Positions 26,367 through 33,429 of a stretch of 64,000 nt of DNA are shown one piece after another. Under the pieces are notes generated by a model. That model worked only from the letters and a program-made list of their open reading frames with translations. It was not told the origin of the DNA and did no database searches. This stretch comes from an uncultured Klebsiella sp. (lineage in GTDB: Bacteria > Verrucomicrobiota > Verrucomicrobiia > Limisphaerales > SXTU01). Location: assembly GCA_964496695.1 (NCBI GenBank), contig CAZCBE010000002.1, positions 61,861 through 125,860 on the forward strand, written 5' to 3'. The position numbers were made by a program, and so were the translations under genes. Within the stretch, counting starts at the first letter, position 1. Each line of letters begins with the position of its first letter.

Positions 26367-27743
26367 TCACTTCGCCGCTGACACCGCTTCGTCCGTCGCC
26401 TCGCTCAACACGGCGAGGGACTCTTCCAGCGCCTCGCGCGGGAGGGTCAGGGGCGGGGCGATCTTCACGGTCTGGCCCCAGGCACCCACGGGTGCGAAGA
26501 GCAGCAGCCCCTTCCACATGCACCGCTCGATGATCGCGTGCGCGAGGTCGTGGTCCGGCTGCTTCGTGCCGGGCTTCACGGTCTGCATGCCCGCGACCAG
26601 GCCGCGCGCGGTCACGTGGCCGATGACCTGCGGGTGCTTGGCCTGGATCGCTTTCAGGCCGTCCAGCAGCACCGGCTCCAGCGCGGCGGCGTTTTCCGTG
26701 AGCTTCTCGCGAATGATCTTCCGCACGCTGGCCAGCGCGGCGGCGACACACACCGGGTTGCCCGTGTGCGTGCTGGTCATCGAGCCGGGCGGGAACTGGT
26801 CCATGATGGCCTCGCGGCCGATGACCGCCGAGATGGGCAGCGAGCTGCTGATACCCTTGCCGCAGCAGATCACGTCGGGCGAGACGCCGTAGTGCTCGAA
26901 CGCCCAAAACTTGCCCGTGCGCCCGAAGCCCGCCTGCACCTCGTCGAAGGTCAGCACGATCTGGTGCTGGTCGCACCACTCGCGCAGCCGGCGCACGAAC
27001 TCCACCGGCGCGAAGTCCGGCCCCACGCCCTGATAGCTCTCCATGATGACGCCGGCGACGTTCTCCGGCTGGAGGCCGCGCGCGGCGACCGACTTGAGGA
27101 ACGATTCGAAGCTCGTGTCCTGCTGCCAGTAGCCATCTGGGAACGGCGCGGTGATGATTGCGGGGTCCTCGTTCACGATCCAATTCTTCTGCCCCGCCAT
27201 GCCGCCGGCCTGCTGCGAGCCCAGCGTGCGTCCGTGAAAGCCGCGTTCCCAGCCGATGATGCCAATCTTCTTGTTGCCGCCGACCTTGATGCCGTGGGCG
27301 CGGCTGAGCTTGATGGCGCACTCGGTGGCCTCCGAGCCGGTGGTGAGCAGGAAGACCTTCTTCAAGCCCTCCGGCGCGAGCGCGGCCAGCTCGCCCGCCA
27401 GCTCGGCGCGTTCCTCGCTGGGGAAGACGTAATTGTGCAGCAGCCCGCTGTTCACCTGGTCGAGGATGGCCCGCTTGACCTCCGGCGCGCAGTGGCCGGC
27501 GTTGGTCACCAGCACACCGCTGGACCAGTCCAGCCAGCGGTTGCCGTATTTGTCATACACAAAGATGTCCTGCGCGTGGTCCCACACGATGGGCGGCTGG
27601 CCGCGCATGGACTGCGGCTCGAACTGCCGGAGCCGCTCCAGCGTCGGCACCGAGTCCGGGTGGGGGATCGGCGTGACGATGCGGCGATACTTGGTTTCGA
27701 CGTGCGGAACGGTCCGCGGAGTGATGCTGAATTCTTTGCCCAT
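26367..27743 (-). CDS. class-III PLP-dependent aminotransferase (acetylornithine/GABA aminotransferase family)
   Basis: Start at ATG 27743 (MGKEFSITPRTVPHVETKYRRIVTPIP...). ...VTNAGHCAPEV..., LLTTGSEATECAIKL, FDEVQAGFGRTGKFWAFEH, CCGKGISS (the Lys of the PLP Schiff base). Confidence 0.9.
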   Translation of the reverse strand: MGKEFSITPRTVPHVETKYRRIVTPIPHPDSVPTLERLRQFEPQSMRGQPPIVWDHAQDIFVYDKYGNRWLDWSSGVLVTNAGHCAPEVKRAILDQVNSGLLHNYVFPSEERAELAGELAALAPEGLKKVFLLTTGSEATECAIKLSRAHGIKVGGNKKIGIIGWERGFHGRTLGSQQAGGMAGQKNWIVNEDPAIITAPFPDGYWQQDTSFESFLKSVAARGLQPENVAGVIMESYQGVGPDFAPVEFVRRLREWCDQHQIVLTFDEVQAGFGRTGKFWAFEHYGVSPDVICCGKGISSSLPISAVIGREAIMDQFPPGSMTSTHTGNPVCVAAALASVRKIIREKLTENAAALEPVLLDGLKAIQAKHPQVIGHVTARGLVAGMQTVKPGTKQPDHDLAHAIIERCMWKGLLLFAPVGAWGQTVKIAPPLTLPREALEESLAVLSEATDEAVSAAK

Positions 27744-28031
27744 AGTGCGGGTGACGATGCGGCCGGGACGGGTGAAGGTGCTACGCCGAAAGTCCCGCGT
27801 TCCGATGCTTTTGTGACGTGCCACGGGAGAACTGAAATTCTTTTGGCCACCAAGAGGCGCAAGATGGCGCAAGATGGAAATCCAGCCGGATGCCGGGGTG
27901 AAAACCTGATGGCAACCACGGAATACCCGGAATACGCGGAAGCGGAAAGAGACAGCGTCGGACCGGTCTTCATGCTTGAGGACATGGTGTGTCGGTTGGC
28001 AAAGGGGGAACACCGTCCGGCGCTTCCGTGT

Positions 28032-28193
28032 GGGCGCATCTTGACACTTCCCCCGAAGCTGAGCCGGCGCGGACGCCGGCGACACGGCCCGCGGGACGCG
28101 GGCGCTACGTAGCGCCGGCCTCCGGCCGGCCGTGTCGCAAGCGTCCTCGCTTGCCCGGTGGGGCGAGGTCGGGGGCAGTGTCAAGATGCGCCC
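28032..28193. mobile_element. 162-bp MITE-like element: 25-nt terminal inverted repeats plus a 9-bp direct flanking duplication
   Basis: Left TIR 28032-28056 GGGCGCATCTTGACACTTCCCCCGA. The right TIR 28169-28193 is its reverse complement at 24/25. CTTCCGTGT abuts both ends (28023-28031 and 28194-28202). No ORF inside. Confidence 0.7.
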
Positions 28194-28331
28194 CTTCCGT
28201 GTGTTCCGCGTATTCCGTGGTTCTCAATCGCTGGTTTTGGGCTGGACTGGTGGCGGACCGGAGGGTCCGCCGCACGGGTGCGCCGCTCAACCTGGCTCAT
28301 AGCCGATAGACCTTTGCCACGCTTTGACATG

Positions 28332-28342
28332 GACTATGAGTC
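28332..28342 (+). promoter_or_regulatory. C-box-like operator GACTatgAGTC abutting the C-gene ATG
   Basis: Perfect GACT-N3-AGTC palindrome ending one base before ATG 28343. TTGACA lies at 28324-28329 and a degenerate palindrome GCTcatAGC at 28295-28303. Confidence 0.5.
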
Positions 28343-28570
28343 ATGTTGAAACGTGACAAGGTTCTCTCCGCCCTCGGGCTGAACGTCCGCAGGAATCGCG
28401 AGGCCCGCGAGTTCACCCAGGAGAAGCTGTCGGAGAAATCGGGCCTCGATCCCACCTACATCAGCGACATTGAGCGGGGCCGGCGCAACCCCGGCATCAA
28501 AAACGTCGCCAAGCTGGCCAAGGCGCTGGGGCTCACCACGGCGGAACTCTGCCAAGGGGTGGACGCGTGA
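28343..28570 (+). CDS. XRE-family HTH protein resembling R-M controller (C) proteins
   Basis: 75 aa. ...EFTQEKLSEKSGLDPTYISDIERGRRNPGIKNVAKLAKALGL... is close in pattern to C.Esp1396I/C.PvuII-type regulators. Confidence 0.75.
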   Translation: MLKRDKVLSALGLNVRRNREAREFTQEKLSEKSGLDPTYISDIERGRRNPGIKNVAKLAKALGLTTAELCQGVDA

Positions 28571-28588
28571 AGGGGAAAGCCAAGTCCG

Positions 28589-28662
28589 CGGAGCGCCGGT
28601 CTCCGACCCGGCGTGTGGATGTTCGGCCCCCGGAACTCGCCGGGTCGGAGACCGGCGCTCCG
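28589..28662. repeat. perfect 25-nt inverted repeat (CGGAGCGCCGGTCTCCGACCCGGCG) with 24-nt loop, just downstream of the C gene
   Basis: 28589-28613 is the exact reverse complement of 28638-28662. Same family as 26169/26335. It may act as a terminator hairpin, although no U-tract follows. Confidence 0.85.
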
Positions 28663-28741
28663 GCCCTCCGCGAGGAGCCCGTGCCCTACCGCACCGCCTC
28701 CGAATCTTCTCCCTCTCCGCTCCGGGGAGGGCCGGGGAGAG

Positions 28742-28828
28742 GTGGTGGCGCTCCGTTTCATTGACCTCTTCTGCGGCATCGGCGGCTTCCGCCTCGCCTT
28801 CGAGCACGCGGGTGCGCACTGCGTCTTC
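28742..28828 (+). pseudogene. dcm: remnant of a C5-cytosine DNA methyltransferase (N-terminus and motif I only)
   Basis: GTG 28742 onward encodes VVALRFIDLFCGIGGFRLAFEHAGAHCVF, containing motif I DLFxGxGG. Recognisable MTase sequence ends before the convergent HNH gene stop at 28860. Confidence 0.7.
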
Positions 28829-28859
28829 CTTGGCGATTGGGCGGACTCAGCCATCAGGT

Positions 28860-29657
28860 CTACAGCTTGCGGAAAATCTTGGCGCGATGCTCTGAAAGGA
28901 ATGCCAAATCAGGTAACGCCGCATCATCGGGCAGCCACAACGGCTGGCCAGCATAAGCGCCAAAGTTCTCGGAGACTGAACGCTGAGAAAGTTCGAACTT
29001 CAACTTCGGCGAGAGCAGAAGTCGCAGTGTGTCGTCGAAAGCAATCAAGCCACGGTCAAATGCCGCATCGTGCAAGCGTGACAGGGACAAACCGTTGCGG
29101 ACATTAAGCCGCTCGGTGGGATGAGCACCCCAAGGTAAAATGTGCGATGCCACCAACAGCTCGCGAATTGCCAGCCCAGTTATGCCGCATCGTCCGCCGA
29201 AGTTGTTCAGCACCGCATCGCGAAAATACTCCTGTCCACGGCGCAGCTTTACGCTCGCTGTTGTTTCTGTAGGCCCAATCGGTGGGCGTTTGCAGACGCG
29301 GACACCTTCCTTCGGTAACACTTCAAGGTCGCTGCTTTCATCCACGTCGAACAGGTTTCGCAGAGCTTCCTCGCTCACTGGCACCGCCTCATTGAGGTTT
29401 TGGTGGAACTCGTTCCACACCGTCCGGTCGAGGGCACTTGCACCCTCAAGCCCTTTGATGCCGCGCAGCTTCAATGCAGGGTCCAGCGAAGCGAAGTTGC
29501 ACAGCTTCATGGCGACGCTGTTGGGACCACGTTCGAGCTTGTCTGCCAACGCCATAATCGCTGGGTGTCGCGCGTGAAGCTGACCGAAGGTCAGCTTGTG
29601 GTAGAGATTCAAGGTGACGAGCAATTCACCGTGGGTCCATCGTTTTCCGGCTGCCAT
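28860..29657 (-). CDS. HNH endonuclease (HNH_2 / COG3440-type predicted restriction endonuclease)
   Basis: Start taken at ATG 29657 (MAAGKRWTHGELLVTLNLY...). N-terminal ...GPNSVAMKLCNFASLDP... C-terminal RCGITGLAIRELLVASHILPW...NGLSLSRLHDAAFDRGLIAFDD is the H-N-H core. Confidence 0.8.
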   Translation of the reverse strand: MAAGKRWTHGELLVTLNLYHKLTFGQLHARHPAIMALADKLERGPNSVAMKLCNFASLDPALKLRGIKGLEGASALDRTVWNEFHQNLNEAVPVSEEALRNLFDVDESSDLEVLPKEGVRVCKRPPIGPTETTASVKLRRGQEYFRDAVLNNFGGRCGITGLAIRELLVASHILPWGAHPTERLNVRNGLSLSRLHDAAFDRGLIAFDDTLRLLLSPKLKFELSQRSVSENFGAYAGQPLWLPDDAALPDLAFLSEHRAKIFRKL

Positions 29658-29746
29658 GTTTTGACGGTGCCAGGTTCGCAGTGATGAGCGAAGGAGGAAA
29701 GTGCTTGCCGCCGAAAGCAAACCTGGCCAGGTAGTTCTGCCGAGCT

Positions 29747-30415
29747 ATGTCTAACGAATCTGAACTCGGCACTGAACCACTCGACCCCGCCGCTGTCTTC
29801 GCCTGTGCCCTTTCGCTGCGCGAGGCGTGCCTGAAGCGCGCGAAAACAAACCCGCAACTGAACTTGAGCGAGAACTACAACGGCATGGATCAGTTTTTGC
29901 GCGAGCTGATGCGAGTCGCCAATCTGTTCGAGGCATGGGCTTGTGCCCATGTTGAGTTCGAGGAGATGAGCGAGGTTTGGCCGTCTCTGATGGAGGACAA
30001 ATTCGGCGACGCTTGCCTGGAGTCCACGCTTCCGAGCGCGCTGGCTCAGTTCGATGATTCCGACTGCTTGCGGGTAGCACTCCGGTTGCGATTGCCCATA
30101 CAAGCAGACGATAAGCTTCGCGTGCCCATTGATGTTCGCGCACCCAATCCGATTGGGGGCTCGGATTTCCAAGCGTTTCGGATTCAAACCGTGCGCAATG
30201 AGCTTGATGAAGGCAATGCAGTTGCGTTCACCACCGATGATGACCCGTTCGATGAGGAGTTTGGGCCACCGTATTTCGCACTGTATGGCGTGGGCTATGA
30301 TGGATTGTCAGAACACATCGCCGACCGAAACACTTATTCAGATGCCTTGAGCCTTGCTCAGAAGCTTGCGCCCGGTGTGGCACTTCCACTCAAACCGATT
30401 TGTTTCACCACATGA
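29747..30415 (+). CDS. hypothetical acidic protein, no recognisable family
   Basis: 222-aa ORF divergent from the HNH gene (89-bp spacer). Rich in D/E (DDDPFDEEF, FDDSDC). More protein-like than the overlapping antisense ORF 29609-30187. Confidence 0.5.
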   Translation: MSNESELGTEPLDPAAVFACALSLREACLKRAKTNPQLNLSENYNGMDQFLRELMRVANLFEAWACAHVEFEEMSEVWPSLMEDKFGDACLESTLPSALAQFDDSDCLRVALRLRLPIQADDKLRVPIDVRAPNPIGGSDFQAFRIQTVRNELDEGNAVAFTTDDDPFDEEFGPPYFALYGVGYDGLSEHIADRNTYSDALSLAQKLAPGVALPLKPICFTT

Positions 30416-30552
30416 GCGACCGACGGTCTGTTTTGCAGTTGAAGGTTCAACGTTGAGCGTTGGAGGTTGGAAGTTCACCGTTCCTCACCACGCCTGACGT
30501 CTTCACCAAGGCCAAGGCTGTTGAGGCGCGTGGCCGGCCGGGACACCCCGCG

Positions 30553-30885
30553 TCATTTCTTGCCGGACTTGTGGCTGCGCGGTTGGTTGCCCCGCTCGGT
30601 CGTGCGACTCGTTGCGCGGGGAGCCGAGCGACGCGGTTCCTCGCGCCGGATCTCAGCGCGGCTGGGCTTGGCTTGGGAGACGGGGGCGGAGCTTCTGGTG
30701 GTGGCTGGTTGCTTAGCTTTCACGCCCTGACCATATCCCTCCTTCTTAAGCGGCACAACCGCCCGTTTGGCAAAGGTTGGAAGGAGCGGGAGAAGAACGG
30801 CGGTGATTTCGAGCCAATCACGACCGTGATGTTCGTCTCCCTCGTTCGGAAATTTCAGCTTCCACAGCGTCGCGTAAATGCTCAT
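30553..30885 (-). CDS. hypothetical small protein with basic, low-complexity C-terminus
   Basis: 110-aa ORF (MSIYATLWKLKFPNEGDEHHGRDWLEITA...). It sits between two copies of the vsr 5' end. It may be a gene fragment. Confidence 0.3.
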   Translation of the reverse strand: MSIYATLWKLKFPNEGDEHHGRDWLEITAVLLPLLPTFAKRAVVPLKKEGYGQGVKAKQPATTRSSAPVSQAKPSRAEIRREEPRRSAPRATSRTTERGNQPRSHKSGKK

Positions 30886-30946
30886 GGATTATGCGTAGCG
30901 TTTCGCCGTTGTTTCGACGAGCGGGCAACTTGCCAACCATCACGCG

Positions 30947-31522
30947 ATGCCAGATGTCTTCACCAAGGCCAAACGGTCGGCGGTCATGGCGCGCATCCGG
31001 TCGCGGGGGAACCAGGCGACGGAGCTGGTGCTGGTGCGGGTGTTCCGCGCGCATGGGATCACGGGGTGGAGGAGGCATCTGAAGTTGAGAGTGGCGGAGT
31101 TGAGAGTTGAGCGTCGGAAGCGGGTGCGTTCGTCCGCGCTCGGCGGCTCTCAACCCTCAACTTTCAACCCTCAACTCACCGTTCGTCCTGACTTCGTGTT
31201 TCCCAAGCTGCGGGTGGCGGTGTTTGTGGACGGGTGCTTCTGGCATGCGTGTCCGCAGCACGCGACGCAGCCCAAGGGGAATGCGGCGTTCTGGCGCGCG
31301 AAGCTGGCGCGGAATCAGGCGCGGGACCGGCTGGTGACGCGGACGTTGCGGCGGGCGGGGTGGCGGGTGCTGCGGCTCTGGGAGCATGAGCTGGCCCGGA
31401 AGCGTGCGGCGCGGTTGGTGGCGCGGTTGCGGCGGGTGTTGGCGGGTGTGCCTGCGAAACCCGCACAGACAGCGACACCTCACCCCAACCCCTCTCCCCG
31501 GTCGAGGCGGAGAGGGGCCTGA
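30947..31522 (+). CDS. vsr: very-short-patch repair endonuclease (Vsr) carrying an in-frame repeat insertion and a repeat-derived tail
   Basis: MPDVFTKAKRSAVMARIRSRGNQATE... then RPDFVFPKLRVAVFVDGCFWHACP...FWRAKLARNQARDR...GWRVLRLWEHEL matches E. coli Vsr block by block (...SKNMRAI...PDFVV...IFTHGCFWH...FW..K...N..RD...GWRVL.VWE). Confidence 0.8.
   Translation: MPDVFTKAKRSAVMARIRSRGNQATELVLVRVFRAHGITGWRRHLKLRVAELRVERRKRVRSSALGGSQPSTFNPQLTVRPDFVFPKLRVAVFVDGCFWHACPQHATQPKGNAAFWRAKLARNQARDRLVTRTLRRAGWRVLRLWEHELARKRAARLVARLRRVLAGVPAKPAQTATPHPNPSPRSRRRGA
31083..31183. repeat. about 96-nt GTTGAGAG/CTCAACCC-type palindromic repeat inside vsr
   Basis: Encodes RVAELRVERRKRVRSSALGGSQPSTFNPQLTV between the Vsr N-terminal helix and the PDFVF catalytic block. 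The arms GAGTTGAGAGTTGAG / CTCAACCCTCAACT(T/C) are imperfect complements. A related unit lies at 30440-30480. Confidence 0.7.
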
Positions 31523-31612
31523 GATGGGCCCGCGAAACACGCCAAAAGACGCGAATGAGGTGAAGAGAACGCGGAGTTTGGAACTCGGAATGCGGAATGA
31601 AATAGGACCGCG

Positions 31613-31859
31613 CGAATGGGGAGGGCACCGCAGAGGCGGGACGGGCGCAGAGGTGTTGCGGAATGCGGAATGTGACGCCTCCGCATGAGCCTGTGCCGGC
31701 GACTTGCAGTCGCCGTCCGTGGGCCACAGCAGGACGAACCAGCTTCAAGCTGTCCACCCGCAACGCGGCGGCTGCAAGCCGCCGGCACGGGGACCGGGCG
31801 AACGGGAGGGCACCGCAGAGGCGGGTCGGGCGCAGAGGAGTTGCGGAATGTGACGCCTC
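31613..31859. repeat. two direct copies of a ~61-69-bp repeat (GGGAGGGCACCGCAGAGGCGGG.CGGGCGCAGAGG.GTTGCGGAATGTGACGCCTC)
   Basis: Copy 1 is 31613-31681 (with an extra GCGGAAT). Copy 2 is 31799-31859. Identity is about 90%. They are flanked by CTCTCCCC...GGGGAGAG-type hairpins at 31473-31519 and 31852-31897. Confidence 0.85.
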
Positions 31860-31943
31860 TCCCCAACCCCTCTCCCCGAGCGAGGCGCAGAGGGGGCAAT
31901 CGCACGGTTACAGCGGGCGTTGGGGCGTTTCGTTCATCCATGT

Positions 31944-32636
31944 TTATCGGTGTGCATCCGTAGTTGGATCGGCTGGGGAAATTCGGTTCAGGTCGGCGAG
32001 GGCGGTGTGGGCGGGGGCGGCGAGCCAGCGCTCGAAGGCGGCTTTGCGCGCGGGCCAGTCGGTGTCGAGCATCGCGAACCAGGTGGTGTCGCGGTTCTGG
32101 TTTTTCACGACCATGTGCTGGCGGAAGCAGCCTTCGTATTGAAAGCCCAGGCGCAACGCCGCGGCGCGGCTGCGGGCGTTTTCCGCGTTGCACTTCCACT
32201 CGACGCGCCGGTAGCCGAGGTCGTCGAAGAGGTGGCGCAGCAGGAGGAAGACGGACTCGGTGTTGACGGGCGTGCGTTGTGCGGCGAGGCCATACCAGAT
32301 GTGGCCGAGTTCGGCGGTGCCGTGCGCCGGCGTGATGCGCAGGATGGAGATCATGCCGATGCGTTCGCCAGTGGGGTGGCGGCGCACGGTGAAGAAGAGC
32401 GGGTCGGTGCTGGCCTGCGCGGTGTGGAGCCAGGCACGGAAGGCGTCGAGATCCGCATAGGGGCCGTGGGTGAGGTAGCGCCAGATTTCCTGCGCGGCGA
32501 GGGGCGTGTGGCTGGCGTGATAGAGTTCGGCGGCGTCGTCGTCCGCGTGGAGCGGGGTGAGGCGGACGTGGCGGCCGGCGAGGGGTTGGTGCGCGGGCAG
32601 GGGCCAAGTGGCGGGGAAGGGCAGGGCGATGCTCAT
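31944..32636 (-). CDS. GNAT family N-acetyltransferase (RimJ/RimL-like, Acetyltransf_3)
   Basis: Start at ATG 32636 (MSIALPFPATWPLPAHQPLAGRHVRLTPL...). ...ERIGMISILRITPAHGTAELGHIWYG...RRVEWKCNAENARSRAAALRLGFQYEG. Confidence 0.8.
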   Translation of the reverse strand: MSIALPFPATWPLPAHQPLAGRHVRLTPLHADDDAAELYHASHTPLAAQEIWRYLTHGPYADLDAFRAWLHTAQASTDPLFFTVRRHPTGERIGMISILRITPAHGTAELGHIWYGLAAQRTPVNTESVFLLLRHLFDDLGYRRVEWKCNAENARSRAAALRLGFQYEGCFRQHMVVKNQNRDTTWFAMLDTDWPARKAAFERWLAAPAHTALADLNRISPADPTTDAHR

Positions 32637-32885
32637 GGGCGAGGAGTTCAGAGGAAACGCGGGTGGATGGCTACGCGAAATATCCCTGCTTTCAATGCTT
32701 TCGTGCGTGCGGGCCGGTGGAGCAGCAGAACTGGCAATGGGGATTGAACCCGAACGCCGAAGTGGAACAGGGTAGCACAAGCCACCGGCCTGTGCCGTCC
32801 GGCCACTGGCCGGACGGAACGGCGAGACGGCCACCTATTAAATTTGATGCTCCGCTGTTTTCGGTGGACAGCGGAGGCCGGCAGG

Positions 32886-33101
32886 GAAATTCCAAACTTC
32901 AAGGTTCAAGCTCCAAAGAAATCCCAAACCTCAAATTCCAATCGTTCAGCGCGCCTCGCAGCCAGCCCTTCCGCCCAGGTTGGCACCTTGATTAAAGGGC
33001 TGGGATGGTGCGGCTTGTCCGCCCAGGGCCAGGCCACGCTTTCCCTTGGAATTTGGACCTTGGAGTTTCTTTGGAAGTTGGAACTTGGGATTTGGAGCTT
33101 C
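32886..33101. repeat. imperfect inverted repeat of CCAAA/CTCCAAAGAAA-rich ~55-nt arms
   Basis: 32886-32941 (..TTCAAGCTCCAAAGAAATCCCAAACCTCAAATTCCAA) pairs with 33046-33101 (TTGGAATTTGGACCTTGGAGTTTCTTTGGAAGTTGG...). Identity is about 80% over the inner 35 nt. Confidence 0.8.
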
Positions 33102-33229
33102 TTCCACCCGCCATTCCACTGAAAACAGCGGGGAGCCTTAAAGGTTCCTCGCTGTTTTCGGTGGAAGGAGGCTGCGCGGTGGTTGGCTGCGCCAAGCTCA
33201 CCGGAGACGCGCGCCGGGCGTGCATTAGT

Positions 33230-33429
33230 CCCGGAGGGCCGTCCGACAATAGCCCAGCGATTCATCGCTGGGTTGAGCCGGGGCCGCTGGCCAGTCCCGC
33301 AGGGACGAAAGAGCTTCTCCACGCGGGATGCCCACGAAGAGCCATTCTGCCGTCCCTCCGGGACTCCCCATCATTGCCGCCACAGCTTCCAGCGATGAAT
33401 CGCTGGGCTATTCTCTGTCGCCCTCCGGG
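33230..33429. repeat. two inverted copies of a repeat centred on the hairpin CCCAGCGAttcaTCGCTGGG
   Basis: Hairpins at 33253-33272 and 33389-33407. The flanks CCCGGAGGGC..GACA..ATAGCCCAGCGA are shared in opposite orientation. Confidence 0.8.

Noticed and set aside
26538-28112. 524-aa plus-strand ORF
   Set aside because: It is antisense to the well-supported class-III aminotransferase and then runs through repeat and MITE sequence. The translation is low-complexity (R/A/G/L/D-rich).
28613-29107. 164-aa plus-strand ORF containing the methyltransferase motif
   Set aside because: Only codons from about 28742 to 28828 look like a C5-MTase. The upstream part is repeat-derived and the downstream part is antisense to the HNH gene. 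It is annotated as a stub pseudogene rather than a CDS.
30460-31110. 216-aa plus-strand ORF overlapping the vsr start
   Set aside because: It is out of frame with the recognisable Vsr protein. It is generated by the duplicated vsr 5' fragment plus GC-rich sequence antisense to the 110-aa ORF.
31480-32607. 375-aa Pro/Arg-rich minus-strand ORF
   Set aside because: It overlaps the GNAT gene in another frame and extends through the repeat field. Its composition (PRRPPRPPHPAPRGRRRRR...) is typical of mistranslated GC-rich repeats.
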